DNA of 64,000 bases from Anaeromyxobacter sp. (GTDB taxonomy: Bacteria; Myxococcota; Myxococcia; Myxococcales; Anaeromyxobacteraceae). Below are positions 28,993 through 40,344 of this stretch, in pieces (position 1 is the first letter of the stretch; each line of letters opens with the position of its first letter). The stretch is from assembly GCA_049840735.1 (NCBI GenBank), contig JASGJN010000007.1:32001-96000 (forward strand), read 5' to 3'. The notes under the pieces are model-generated. The model was not told the origin of the DNA and made no database searches. It worked only from the letters and a program-made list of their open reading frames with translations. The position numbers and the translations under genes are program-made.

Positions 28993-30913
28993 TCACCCCT
29001 CGGACGGCCGCCGGGCCGGCGGGCGGGGGCGTCGCTGCGAGGGGCGCCGCAGCGCCAGCGAGAGCCAGGGGGTGTGCCGGGCGGCGGCCCGGCGGGCCTG
29101 CTCCAGGCCGCCCAGCGTGGCGCCCAGCGCCTGCCGCAGCTGGCGGGGCCCGCCGTCGCTGCGGCGCCAGACCCGGTGCAGCAGCGCGTGCAGGCCGCCG
29201 GCGCCGTGCTCCGCCCCGCCCACCAGCAGCAGCGCCAGCCCGGCCAGCATCACCCGCACCACCGCCCGCAGCCGCCCCTCGGTCTCGCCGGCCACCTCGA
29301 TGGAGGCGAGCGCGGTGTGGACCGGCTCGAGCGCGCGCCGCGCCGCGGGGACGCGCCCGGCGTGCTTGCCGCCGTAGGGGAGCGCCCCGGGGACGCGCAC
29401 CAGCTGGTAGGTGGCGATGGGCTGGACCAGCCCCGGCAGCGCGCGGGCCGGGCGCTGCTCGGCCGGCGCCTCGCTCCGGTTCATGGTCAGGTGGACCACC
29501 CGCGTCAGCCACACCTCGCCCACGCGGGCGCCCGCCGCCAGCGTGCGCACCGCCGCCAGCGGCGCGCCCGCCGCGCCGGACCGCAGCAGGTGGACCTCGC
29601 CCTGGTGGACCGCGGTGAGCAGCTCCAGCCGCTCGAATCTCGGAGGCCTGGTCGGCCCCGCCCACGGCGCGGTCCTGGATGGCGGCGGCGCAGTGGACGG
29701 CGTCGGTGGGCGAGTCGAAGGCGAAGGTGGAGCCGCCGTCCTCGGCCAGGATGCGCCGGCCGCCGAACTCGGCCACCAGCGGCAGCACCAGCGCGTCGTG
29801 GGCGGCCAGGTGCCGGGCGAGGAAGGACGGGGAGGCGGCCCGCGCCCAGGCGTCCCAGCCGGCGACCTGGACCCGGACCAGCGTCAGGTTGGCCATCGCC
29901 GGCGTGTGGGCGGCCGGGATGCCGAGGAGGCTGGCGCGCGCGGCCAGCAGCGGGGGCGGCGGCGCCGCCGGGGGCAGCGGCTGGGTGAGGCGCAGCGGCA
30001 GGTCGGCCCGCTCCAGCAGCGCGATCAGCTCGCGCGCGGAGCCCGGCCGGCGGGCCCGGTCCTTCTCGGTGGCGCGGGCCACCACCTCCAGCAGGCGCGG
30101 GTAGGCGGCCAGCGCCGGCACCAGCGCCGCCGGGCTGGGCACCGGCCGGTAGGCGTGGGCCGCCAGGAGCCCGCGCATGTCGCGCGTGTCGAAGGGGTGC
30201 TGCCCGGTGAGCAGCACGTAGGTGAGGATGCCGGCGCTGTAGAGATCGGCGCGGTGGTCCACCTCGCCGCCCACGGCCTGCTCCGGCGCCAGGTACTCGG
30301 GCGTGCCCACCACCAGGCCCGCCTGCGTGGCGGCCACGTCGGCCGGGCCGGTCCACTTGGCGATGCCGAAGTCGAGCAGCCGCAGCCGCTCCCCGTTCCC
30401 GGCGCCGGACAGCCAGAGGTTCTCCGGCTTCAGGTCGCGGTGGACGATGCCGGCGGCGTGGGCCGCCTCCAGGCCGGAGAGGAGCTGGCGCAGCAGGCGC
30501 ACCACCCGGTCCGGCGCCAGGCGCCCCTCGCGCGCCAGCACCTCCCGCAGCGGCTCGCCCTCCAGCAGCTCCATCACCAGGAAGAGCCGGCCCTCCGCGT
30601 CCTCGCCGAAGTCGAGGATCTCCACCACGTGCGGCGAGCGGAGCCGGACCGCGACCTTGGCCTCGCGCCGGAACCGCTCGCGCTCGCCCGGGCTGGCGCA
30701 GTGCTCGGGGTGGAGCACCTTCACGGCCACCCGCCGGCCGATGGCCTCGTGCTCGGCCCGGTACACCGAGCCCATGCCGCCGGTCCCGATCAGCGCGTGG
30801 ACGCGGTAGCGGCCGTCCAGCAGCGCGCCGGGGGCGAGCTGCGACGAGGGCGCCCCCGGACCGCCGTCCGGCGACGGGCCCGTGGTGCCGATCCTGACCG
30901 TGCCTCCACCCAT
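28993..30913 (-). CDS. Hanks-type Ser/Thr protein kinase fused to a degenerate cyclase domain; apparent +1 frameshift at ~29637
   Basis: IGTGGMGSVY, VAVKVL, HRDLKPEN, DFGIAK, GTPEYLAPE; then FDSPTDAVHCAAAIQ, VHQGEV, GEVWLTRVVHLTMNRSE. Confidence 0.85.
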
Positions 30914-31112
30914 GCGCCGGGCGAGTGTACGCCGAGCCGCTCGCGGGGTGAACGCCCGTGCGGCATCCGGGGCAGGCGTGCCGGGCCCACGTCTCTCCAC
31001 CTGGTCCCGCGGCGGCCTGCCGCCCGCGCCCAGGAACGCCCAGCTTGGCCAGGGGTGGGACACGACCCAGCTTGGAAGACGGCATTCCAGCCGAACGTCG
31101 GAGGGGGGAGAC

Positions 31113-32048
31113 ATGAACCGGAACATCGTCAGGGCCGCGCGCTGCCTTGCGCTCGCCGCGCTGCTCATTCCCGTGGCACGGGCCGAGGAGCCGATCCTGG
31201 GCAGCACGTCCAAGGCGGACTGGCCCACCGAGATCACCCGGCGCCCGCTCACGCTCAACCAGGGGATGGCCGAGCTGTGGCTGCCGGTGAACATGAACCT
31301 GAGCGACGGCCAGGAGTTCGAGCCGGTCAACCTCAACCCCAGCCTCTACTACGGCATCACCAACGAGTGGATGATCGGGATCCGCCACTTCGTCGGGATC
31401 TGCGCCAGCGGCGAGGACCAGGGGTGCGCCGAGACCTACGACGACGTCTCGGTGGACACGCTGCTGGCCTTCGGCCGCTACGCCGGGGTGCAGTTCGGCA
31501 TCGGCGGCGCCCTCAACTACGCGCCCATCCACGAGCCGTCGGCCTGGAGCGCCGAGGCCAAGCTGGCCATCCGGGCCGGCGGCGGCGCCTTCGCCATCAC
31601 CCTCATGCCCACCGTCAACTTCGGCCTGAACGACCGCGACGCCAGCTCGGACCTGCTGCCCGACGGCACCCCGCCCTACAAGTGGACCGGCACCCCGCAG
31701 AACCTGGGCACCTACAACGTGCTGACGCTGGCGGCCACCCCCGGGAACCGCGAGTACCTGCTGGTCCCGGTGACGCTGCAGCTGCAGCTCGGCTCCAGCC
31801 TGGCGCTGGCGGTGGGGGCCTCGCTCAACGGCCCGCTCAACGCCAAGGACCTGGACTTCGGCGACGTCTACACCATCCCGGTCTCGGTGGCCGCGGTGGT
31901 GACGCCCTCGCGCTGGCTGGACCTCGGCGCGGCGCTGACCTTCCCGAACCTGGCAGGCGCCGACTTCTCCAGCGACACCTCCACCTTCACGCTGGCCAAC
32001 GGCACCGACTACCGGCAGCTGGCGCTCTTCGCGACCTTCCGGCTGTGA
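31113..32048 (+). CDS. Exported hypothetical protein, probable outer-membrane beta-barrel
   Basis: GGAGGGGGGAG RBS; signal peptide ending VARA; RRPLTL motif; beta-rich; ends ALFATFRL. Confidence 0.7.
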   Translation: MNRNIVRAARCLALAALLIPVARAEEPILGSTSKADWPTEITRRPLTLNQGMAELWLPVNMNLSDGQEFEPVNLNPSLYYGITNEWMIGIRHFVGICASGEDQGCAETYDDVSVDTLLAFGRYAGVQFGIGGALNYAPIHEPSAWSAEAKLAIRAGGGAFAITLMPTVNFGLNDRDASSDLLPDGTPPYKWTGTPQNLGTYNVLTLAATPGNREYLLVPVTLQLQLGSSLALAVGASLNGPLNAKDLDFGDVYTIPVSVAAVVTPSRWLDLGAALTFPNLAGADFSSDTSTFTLANGTDYRQLALFATFRL

Positions 32049-32070
32049 GCGGCGGCGGGGCGGGGGGCGC

Positions 32071-32247
32071 TCACCCCCCGCCCCTGAGCATGTCGATCAG
32101 CAGGATGAAGAAGACCACCGGCACCAGCAGCGCCACCAGCCCGCCCACGATCATCGCCGCCACCACGCCCCAGCGCGCGGGGCCGGGGGGAGGCAGCTGG
32201 ATGTCCAGCGCGAAGGGGTTCTTCTTGCGGCGGAGCGGGTTGGTCAT
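32071..32247 (-). CDS. Small membrane protein
   Basis: MTNPLRRKKNPF..., followed by a long hydrophobic helix. Confidence 0.5.
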   Translation of the reverse strand: MTNPLRRKKNPFALDIQLPPPGPARWGVVAAMIVGGLVALLVPVVFFILLIDMLRGGG

Positions 32248-32419
32248 GGACCCAGCCTCGGGGGAGCTCGTGGAGCGTGACGGCGTCGCCGCCGCCGGTG
32301 GCGGCATGCCCGAGGTCTAGCGCGCCGCGCGCCGCCCTGTCGACGCCAGCGGCGGGCCCCGGGCGCGTTGACGGACAGGAACCGCCTGGCTATACGGCAG
32401 CCATGCCGAGCCAGGCCCG

Positions 32420-33469
32420 ATGAGCGTCCTCTCAGAGCTGGGGTGGGGCCCGTTCTTCTCCTCGCAGCTGACGCTGGAGGAGGGAGAGGGCCTGCGCGTG
32501 GGGCGAGCGGTGGAGGACCTCGGCCCGCGCCTGCTGGTGCGCTTCGAGGACGGCGACCGGCTGGTGGTGGTCCCGGGCCGGCTCAAGGCCGCCGGCCAGG
32601 TGCCGGTGGTGGGCGACTTCCTGCTGGCCGGGGCGGGCGACGAGCCGCCGGTGGTGCGCGTGCTGGAGCGGCGCTCCTCGCTGTCGCGCGGCGTGGCCGG
32701 GCGGCGGCTGGAGGAGCAGGTGCTGGCCGCCAACCTCGATCGCGTGCTGGTGGTGCAGGGGCTGGACGTGCCGGTCAACGCCCGCCGGCTGGAGCGGACG
32801 CTGGCGGCGGTGCACGCCGGCGGGGCCGAGCCGGTGGTGGTGCTCACCAAGGCGGACCTGGTGGACGCCCCGGAGGCCGCGGTGGCGGAGGCCGCGGCGG
32901 TGGCGGGCGGCGCGCGGGTGCTGGCGGTCTCCTGCACCGGCGGCGCCGGGCTGGAGGCGCTGCGCGCCGAGCTGCCCAGCGGCGTGACCGGCGCGCTGGT
33001 GGGCCCCTCCGGCGCCGGCAAGTCCACGCTGCTCAACGCCCTGGCCGGCGAGGCGGTGCAGCCCATCGGCGCGGTGCGCGAGGCCGATCGGCGGGGGCGC
33101 CACACCACCACCGGGCGGCGGCTGTTCCTGCTGCCCGGCGGCGGGGCGCTGGTGGACGGGCCGGGCATCCGCGAGCTCAAGCTCTGGGACGGCGCCGGGG
33201 TGCAGGAGGTGTTCGACGACGTGGCCGAGGTGGCGGCCGGCTGCCGCTTCGCCGACTGCCGCCACGCCGGCGAGCCCGGGTGCGCGGTGGCCGCGGCCGT
33301 GGCCGAGGGGCGGCTCGACCCGGCGCGCGTCGAGAGCCAGCACAAGCTGGAGCGCGAGGTGGCCGCCGCCGCGGCGCGGCAAGGTGGCGCAGCCGCGCGC
33401 GCGGAGAAGGCCCGCTGGAAGGCGGTCAGCAAGGAGATCAAGCGGCTCTACAAGGGTCGGGGAAGATGA
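32420..33469 (+). CDS. rsgA: Ribosome small subunit-dependent GTPase A
   Basis: VVGD, AANLD, LTKAD, GPSGAGKSTL, GRHTTT, DGPGIRE, CRFADCRHAGEPGC. Confidence 0.96.
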   Translation: MSVLSELGWGPFFSSQLTLEEGEGLRVGRAVEDLGPRLLVRFEDGDRLVVVPGRLKAAGQVPVVGDFLLAGAGDEPPVVRVLERRSSLSRGVAGRRLEEQVLAANLDRVLVVQGLDVPVNARRLERTLAAVHAGGAEPVVVLTKADLVDAPEAAVAEAAAVAGGARVLAVSCTGGAGLEALRAELPSGVTGALVGPSGAGKSTLLNALAGEAVQPIGAVREADRRGRHTTTGRRLFLLPGGGALVDGPGIRELKLWDGAGVQEVFDDVAEVAAGCRFADCRHAGEPGCAVAAAVAEGRLDPARVESQHKLEREVAAAAARQGGAAARAEKARWKAVSKEIKRLYKGRGR

Positions 33470-33495
33470 GCGGCCACACGGTGTTGCGGTGGGTT

Positions 33496-33567
33496 CCGTT
33501 CGCCCTGGGTCCTTCGACCCCGGGCCGCTGCGCGGCCCTACGCTCAGGACGGGCGGAGTCGAAGGGC
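33496..33567. repeat. Composite REP-like element: an inverted copy nested inside a forward copy
   Basis: Outer CCGTTCGCCCTG...GCGGAGTCGAAGGGC; inner 33511-33552 reverse-complements to CCGTCCTGAGCGTAGGGCCGCGCAGCGGCCCGGGGTCGAAGG. Confidence 0.8.
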
Positions 33568-33629
33568 AAGGGCCATTGGCGGGGCAGGCGCTTGACGACG
33601 CCGCCCGGGGCGGATAACCCTTGTTGCCG

Positions 33630-33701
33630 ATGAGCACGCGTCGCCTCACCGGTCGACTTCTTCGCCAGGCGGGAGAGTCTCTCCTCGCCGGCCTGGCCTG
33701 A
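33630..33701 (+). CDS. Putative leuA leader peptide MSTRRLTGRLLRQAGESLLAGLA
   Basis: 23 codons with 6 Leu, including tandem CTT CTT and CTC CTC; ends 104 nt before leuA; TTGACG -35-like hexamer at 33592. Confidence 0.7.
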   Translation: MSTRRLTGRLLRQAGESLLAGLA

Positions 33702-33799
33702 CCGACCGCGCGACGAAGACCTCTCCCGCCGTCCCCGGCCGGTGAGAGGTCACTTCCCGACAGACCGACACCTCCCCGGCCCCAACACCAGCCGAGGAG
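33668..33799 (+). promoter_or_regulatory. Leucine attenuator-like alternative RNA structures, including an RBS-sequestering hairpin
   Basis: GGCGGGAGAGTCT pairs with AGACCTCTCCCGCC; alternatively GACCTCTC pairs with GAGAGGTC; CTCCCCGGC (33772) pairs with GCCGAGGAG (33791, RBS). Confidence 0.6.
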
Positions 33800-33805
33800 C
33801 ACGCC

Positions 33806-35260
33806 ATGTCGAAGTCGAGGATGCCGAGCCAGAAGTACCGACCCTTCCCGTCCGTGGACCTGCCGGATCGCCAGTGGCCGTCGCGGCGCATCGAGGCGCC
33901 GCCGCGCTGGTGCTCGGTGGACCTGCGCGACGGGAACCAGGCGCTGGTCGAGCCCATGGGGCCGGAGCGCAAGCGGCTGCTCTTCGACGCGCTGGTCCGC
34001 ATGGGCGTCCGCGAGATCGAGGTCGGCTTCCCGTCCGCGTCCAAGCCCGAGTTCGACTTCGTCCGCGAGGTGGTGGAGCGGGGCGTACCGGAGGGCGTGA
34101 CCATCCAGGTGCTGACCCAGGCCCGCGAGCCGCTGGTCCGGCGCACCTTCGAGGCCATCCGCGGCGCGCCGCGGGCGGTGGTCCACCTGTACAACTCGAC
34201 CTCCGAGGTGCAGCGCCGGGTGGTCTTCGGGAAGGACCGCGCCGGCATCGTGGAGATCGCCGTGGAGGGCGTGCGGCTGGTGCGGGCGCTGGCGGCGGAG
34301 CTCCCGGAGACCGAGGTGGTGCTGGAGTACTCGCCGGAGAGCTTCACCGGCACCGAGCTCGACTTCGCGGCGGAGATCTGCGAGGCGGTGATGGAGGCCT
34401 GGGGCGCCTCGCCGGAGCGGCCGGTGATCCTGAACCTGCCGGCCACCGTGGAGCTGGCCACCCCCAACGTGTACGCCGACCAGATCGAGTGGTTCGCGCG
34501 CCACGTCCGGAACGACGGCCGCTACGTGCTCTCGGTCCACCCGCACAACGACCGCGGGACGGCGGTGGCCGCGGCCGAGCTTTCGGTCATGGCCGGCGCC
34601 CACCGGGTGGAGGGGACGCTGTTCGGCAACGGCGAGCGGACCGGCAACGTGGACCTGGTGACGCTGGCGCTCAACCTGCACACGCAGGGCGTGGACCCGG
34701 GGCTGGACCTGTCCGACCTGGACCAGCTGGTCCGGCTGGCCGAGCACGTCACGCGCATGCCGGTCCACCCGCGCCACCCCTACGCCGGCCGGCTGGTCTA
34801 CACCGCCTTCTCCGGCTCGCACCAGGACGCCATCCGCAAGGGGTTCGCGGTGCGTGAAGCCGAGGGAGGGGCCGACGGGGCCGGGCCGCGCTGGGAGGTG
34901 CCGTACCTGCCCATCGACCCGGCGGACGTGGGGCGGACGTACGAGGAGGTGATCCGGGTGAACAGCCAGTCCGGGAAGGGCGGCGTGGGCTGGGTGCTGG
35001 AGACGCACGGCGGGATCCGGGCCTCGCGCGAGCGGCTGGTGGAGTTCGCCGGCGTGGTGCAGGAGGCGGCCGAGGCGCGGGGCGCGGACCTGGCCCCTGC
35101 GGAGATCCTGGAGATTCTGGGAGCGCGCCTACGGCGTCCGGAGCGCCTGACGGGCGCACGCCCCGCGGCAGGCCCAGGGTGGGCGCAGGCCGGGGCCCCG
35201 CGCGGACGCGTGCGGGCCCCGGCCGGTCGCGCTAGCTTCCACGCTCACGCTCGACGGTGA
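33806..35260 (+). CDS. leuA: 2-isopropylmalate synthase, short form without the C-terminal regulatory domain; true stop probably 35150 after a +1 error at ~35115
   Basis: [74 protein letters not shown]. Confidence 0.95.
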   Translation: MSKSRMPSQKYRPFPSVDLPDRQWPSRRIEAPPRWCSVDLRDGNQALVEPMGPERKRLLFDALVRMGVREIEVGFPSASKPEFDFVREVVERGVPEGVTIQVLTQAREPLVRRTFEAIRGAPRAVVHLYNSTSEVQRRVVFGKDRAGIVEIAVEGVRLVRALAAELPETEVVLEYSPESFTGTELDFAAEICEAVMEAWGASPERPVILNLPATVELATPNVYADQIEWFARHVRNDGRYVLSVHPHNDRGTAVAAAELSVMAGAHRVEGTLFGNGERTGNVDLVTLALNLHTQGVDPGLDLSDLDQLVRLAEHVTRMPVHPRHPYAGRLVYTAFSGSHQDAIRKGFAVREAEGGADGAGPRWEVPYLPIDPADVGRTYEEVIRVNSQSGKGGVGWVLETHGGIRASRERLVEFAGVVQEAAEARGADLAPAEILEILGARLRRPERLTGARPAAGPGWAQAGAPRGRVRAPAGRASFHAHARR

Positions 35261-35267
35261 GGTGCAC

Positions 35268-36254
35268 ATGGAGCTGCGCGCGCTGGGGACCCAGGGGCTG
35301 ACCGTCTCGGCGGTGGGGTTGGGCTGCATGGGGATGAGCGAGTTCTACGGGCCGGCCGACGAGGCCGCCTCCATCGCCACCATCCACCGCGCGCTCGAGC
35401 TGGGCATCACCTTCCTCGACACGGCCGACATGTACGGGCCGTTCAAGAACGAGGTGCTGGTGGGGCGCGCGGTGAAGGGCCGGCGCGACAAGGTGGTGAT
35501 CGCCACCAAGTTCGGGAACGAGCGGCGGCCGGACGGCAGCTGGGTGGGCATCAACGGGCGCCCGGAGTACGTGAAGGCCGCCTGCGACGGGTCGCTGCAG
35601 CGCCTGGGGGTCGATCACATCGATCTCTACTACCAGCACCGGGTGGACTCGAACGTGCCCATCGAGGACACGGTGGGCGCCATGGCCGACCTGGTCCGCC
35701 AGGGCAAGGTCCGCTTCCTCGGGCTCTCCGAGGCCGCGCCGGCGACGATCCGGCGGGCTCATGCGGTCCACCCCATCAGCGCGCTGCAGACCGAGTACTC
35801 GCTCTGGAGCCGCGACCCGGAGGACGCCATCCTCCCCACGCTGCGCGAGCTGCGCATCGGCTTCGTCCCCTACAGCCCGCTGGGACGCGGCTTCCTCACC
35901 GGCCGCTTCCGCAAACCGGAGGACCTGCCGGAGAGCGACTTCCGCCGGACCTCGCCGCGCTTCCAGGGCGAGAACTTCCAGCGGAACCTGGCGCTGGTGG
36001 ACCAGATCAACGCCATGGCTCGGGAGCGGGGCGTGAAGCCGTCGCAGCTGGCGCTGGCCTGGGTGCTGGCGCAGGGCAAGGACGTGGCGCCCATTCCCGG
36101 GACCACCGCGGTCGCGCACCTGGAGGAGAACGCCACCGCGACGTCGATCTTCCTCACCGCGCAGGAGCTGGCGCGGATCGACGCCGTCGCGCCGCGCGGC
36201 GCGGCCGCGGGCGATCGGTATCCGCCGGCGGGGATGGCGCGGGTGAACCTGTAA
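35268..36254 (+). CDS. Aldo/keto reductase
   Basis: [54 protein letters not shown]. Confidence 0.95.
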   Translation: MELRALGTQGLTVSAVGLGCMGMSEFYGPADEAASIATIHRALELGITFLDTADMYGPFKNEVLVGRAVKGRRDKVVIATKFGNERRPDGSWVGINGRPEYVKAACDGSLQRLGVDHIDLYYQHRVDSNVPIEDTVGAMADLVRQGKVRFLGLSEAAPATIRRAHAVHPISALQTEYSLWSRDPEDAILPTLRELRIGFVPYSPLGRGFLTGRFRKPEDLPESDFRRTSPRFQGENFQRNLALVDQINAMARERGVKPSQLALAWVLAQGKDVAPIPGTTAVAHLEENATATSIFLTAQELARIDAVAPRGAAAGDRYPPAGMARVNL

Positions 36255-36415
36255 AGGCTCCGGCGGGGCGGCGCCCCCGCCGGACCGGGTGGGAAGCCTC
36301 GCACTGCCCGTCACACGCGCAACCGCTGCCTCGCGCGCGGGCAGCTGGTGCGGCGACGCATCGCGCGGTCCCGAGGCGCAGTGCGCGCCGCGTTCCGGCG
36401 CGTAGCATCCACTGC

Positions 36416-37070
36416 ATGCGCAATCCAATTCGCGTGCTGGGAAGGATCGATCTGGCGGTGCAGGTCTGGTCGGCGCTCCGCAGCGCCGGCGTGGAGGCGG
36501 ATCTCCACGTCGGCGCGCCGGCGGCGGCAGGCGCAGGGATAGGGCCGGGCACGCCGGGCGTGGACGTGATCGCCTACTCCGGCCTCTCCGGCGCCGACTT
36601 CCGCGCCGCCATCCGGCGGGCGGCGCCGTCGAGGCCGGTGGTGGCGGTCTCCTGGCCGGAGGCGGGGACCACCGTCGCGACCGCGGCGCAGGGCCGGCGC
36701 GGCCCGCACGCCCACCTGGCCTGGCCGGCCACAGGCCAGGCCATCGCCGAGGCCTGCGACCGCGCCCCGGCCGCCGGGGGCGTGCGCAGGCCGCTGCTGC
36801 CGCGCGCGCTGTGGCCGGAGACGGTGGCCCTCGGCCTCCTCCTGGCGGCGCTCGTGGCCTGCGCGCTGGCGGTGGTCCACTGGCGCGACCACCCGGTCCG
36901 CGCCGTGCCCGTCGAGGCGCTGGTGCTGGTGGTGCTGGGGCTCGTCCCGGTCCTCCGCGCGCGCCACCGGGCGGTGTTCCACCGGCTCAACCTGGTGATG
37001 GGCGGTGCTGCTGGCCGCCGGGGTGAGCGGCGTGCTGGCCTCGGTGCTGCACCTGGCGCCGTTCAACTGA
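36416..37070 (+). CDS. Hypothetical: degenerate receiver-like alpha/beta domain + TM helices; apparent frameshift at ~37000
   Basis: VDVIAY..RPVVAVS..AHLAWP pattern, then TM segments; the shifted frame gives VLLAAGVSGVLASVLHLAPFN and stop 37068-37070. Confidence 0.5.
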
Positions 37071-37129
37071 GGCCGGCCCGTCCAGGGTCCGTCGTTGCCG
37101 TCATGCGTCCCCGTGCCGTTCTTTCCGGT

Positions 37130-37510
37130 GTGAAGCCCGATCGGCTCCAGCTGGCCAGCGACGCGTACGCCCAGGCGCTGGCGGGTGCCCGCGCCAGCCC
37201 CACGCCTGCCCGGTGGCGCCGGCTGCTCAGGGCCGCGGCCAACCTCCGCGCGGCGCGCGCGCCTGGCCCGCAGCCAGGGCGGATCGTCCTGGCCCCCGTG
37301 ATCCCGGGGCCCGGGGCGCGGGCGGACGACCTCCGGCGGGCTGCCGCCCGCCACGCCGATGTGCTCGCCGAGGTCGCGCGGGCGCGACGGCTCATGGCCC
37401 AGTCCCACCGGCTCTGCGCCGAGGCGCTGCGGCTCCGGGAGGAGCTCCGGGTGCTGGTGGAGCAGTGTCGCGGCAGCATCGGCGAGGCCCGGCGCGCGGA
37501 GCAGCGGTGA
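37130..37510 (+). CDS. Hypothetical helical protein
   Basis: C-terminal part of the 36416-37510 ORF with its own GTG; coiled-coil-like. Confidence 0.4.
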   Translation: MKPDRLQLASDAYAQALAGARASPTPARWRRLLRAAANLRAARAPGPQPGRIVLAPVIPGPGARADDLRRAAARHADVLAEVARARRLMAQSHRLCAEALRLREELRVLVEQCRGSIGEARRAEQR

Positions 37511-37714
37511 GCGACCGCATGGACCTGGTGCGCCCGCCCCCTCGTCCGTTCAGGGCGTGACCAGGTGCCCGCGCGCGCCGCCGCGCACGGGCTTGCGCCC
37601 GTCCGGTGGCCCCGCAAAGAGAAGTGGACTCCCGGCCGGGAGGTGCCGCAAGTTACGCCGGTCCTGCGCTTGCAGGCCGCCCGCGCCGCCGCCGGCGCGC
37701 CGGAGGAACCCAAA

Positions 37715-38490
37715 GTGAATGGCCCGGAACTGACCCCCGTGCAGCGCCTCGCCCTCGCGTTCTACGCCCTGTTCGCCGTGCTCTTCCGCGCCGACTTCGC
37801 TGCAGCCGTGGCGCGCGCGAAGGAGGCGCACCAGGCCGGCGCGCTCCCGCCGCCGGGCCCGGCCGGCGCCCCGCAGGCCGGCCGCACCACCGTCGAGCCG
37901 GCCTGGACCGCCACGCCCTCCGGCGGCGCCGTCGCGCCGCCCAGGAAGGCCGACGCCGGCCCCGGCCCGGGCCACGTCTCGGCGCCGCCGGCCACGCCTA
38001 CGCCCATGGCCCCGGCCCCGGCCACCGTTCGCCCTGAGCGTAGCGAGCCCGCAGGGCTCGCGGAGTCGAAGGGCGAAGGGCGAACGGCCCCCGCGCGCGC
38101 CGAGCCGGCCCGCCCAGACACCCGCTCCGCCCTGCAGCTCTTGGCGGTGCTGCAGCGCGAGGGGCGGCTGGTGGACTTCATCGAGGAGGACCTGACCGGC
38201 TTCCCCGACGCCTCCATCGGCGCCGCGGCGCGGACCGTCCACGCCGGCTGCAAGAAGGCCATCCAGGAGCTGTTCGCGCTGGAGCCGGTCTACCGCGAGG
38301 CGGAGGGGGCGCAGGTCACCGTGGCGCCCGGCTTCGACGCCAGCGCGGTCCGGCTCACCGGCAACGTGGTGGGCAAGCCGCCGTTCAAGGGGGCGCTGCG
38401 CCACCACGGCTGGCGCGTGAAGGACGTGAAGCTCCCGGCCGCGCCGGATGGGCAGGACGCCCGCATCGTGGCCCCGGCGGAGGTGGAGCT

Positions 38491-38494
<4 letters not shown>
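37715..38494 (+). CDS. DUF2760 domain protein
   Basis: GGAGGA RBS + GTG; ALQLLAVLQREGRLVDFIEEDL, IGAAARTVHAGC, VRLTGNVVGKPPFKGALRHHGW, IVAPAEVEL. Confidence 0.85.
38025..38087 (+). repeat. 63-bp REP-like element in frame inside the DUF2760 gene
   Basis: Perfect 11-bp inverted ends CCGTTCGCCCT/AGGGCGAACGG; core TGAGCGTAGC-GAGCCCGCAGGGCTC-GCGGAGTCGAAGGGC. Confidence 0.85.

Positions 38495-40340
<1,846 letters not shown>

Positions 40341-40344
<4 letters not shown>

Noticed and set aside
31039..31075. Direct repeat CCCAGCTTGG twice upstream of the exported protein
   Set aside because: Two copies only and no associated regulator; too weak to call
36416..37510. Single 364-aa protein
   Set aside because: Better explained as two genes joined by a frame error near 37000; the middle section is non-coding-like
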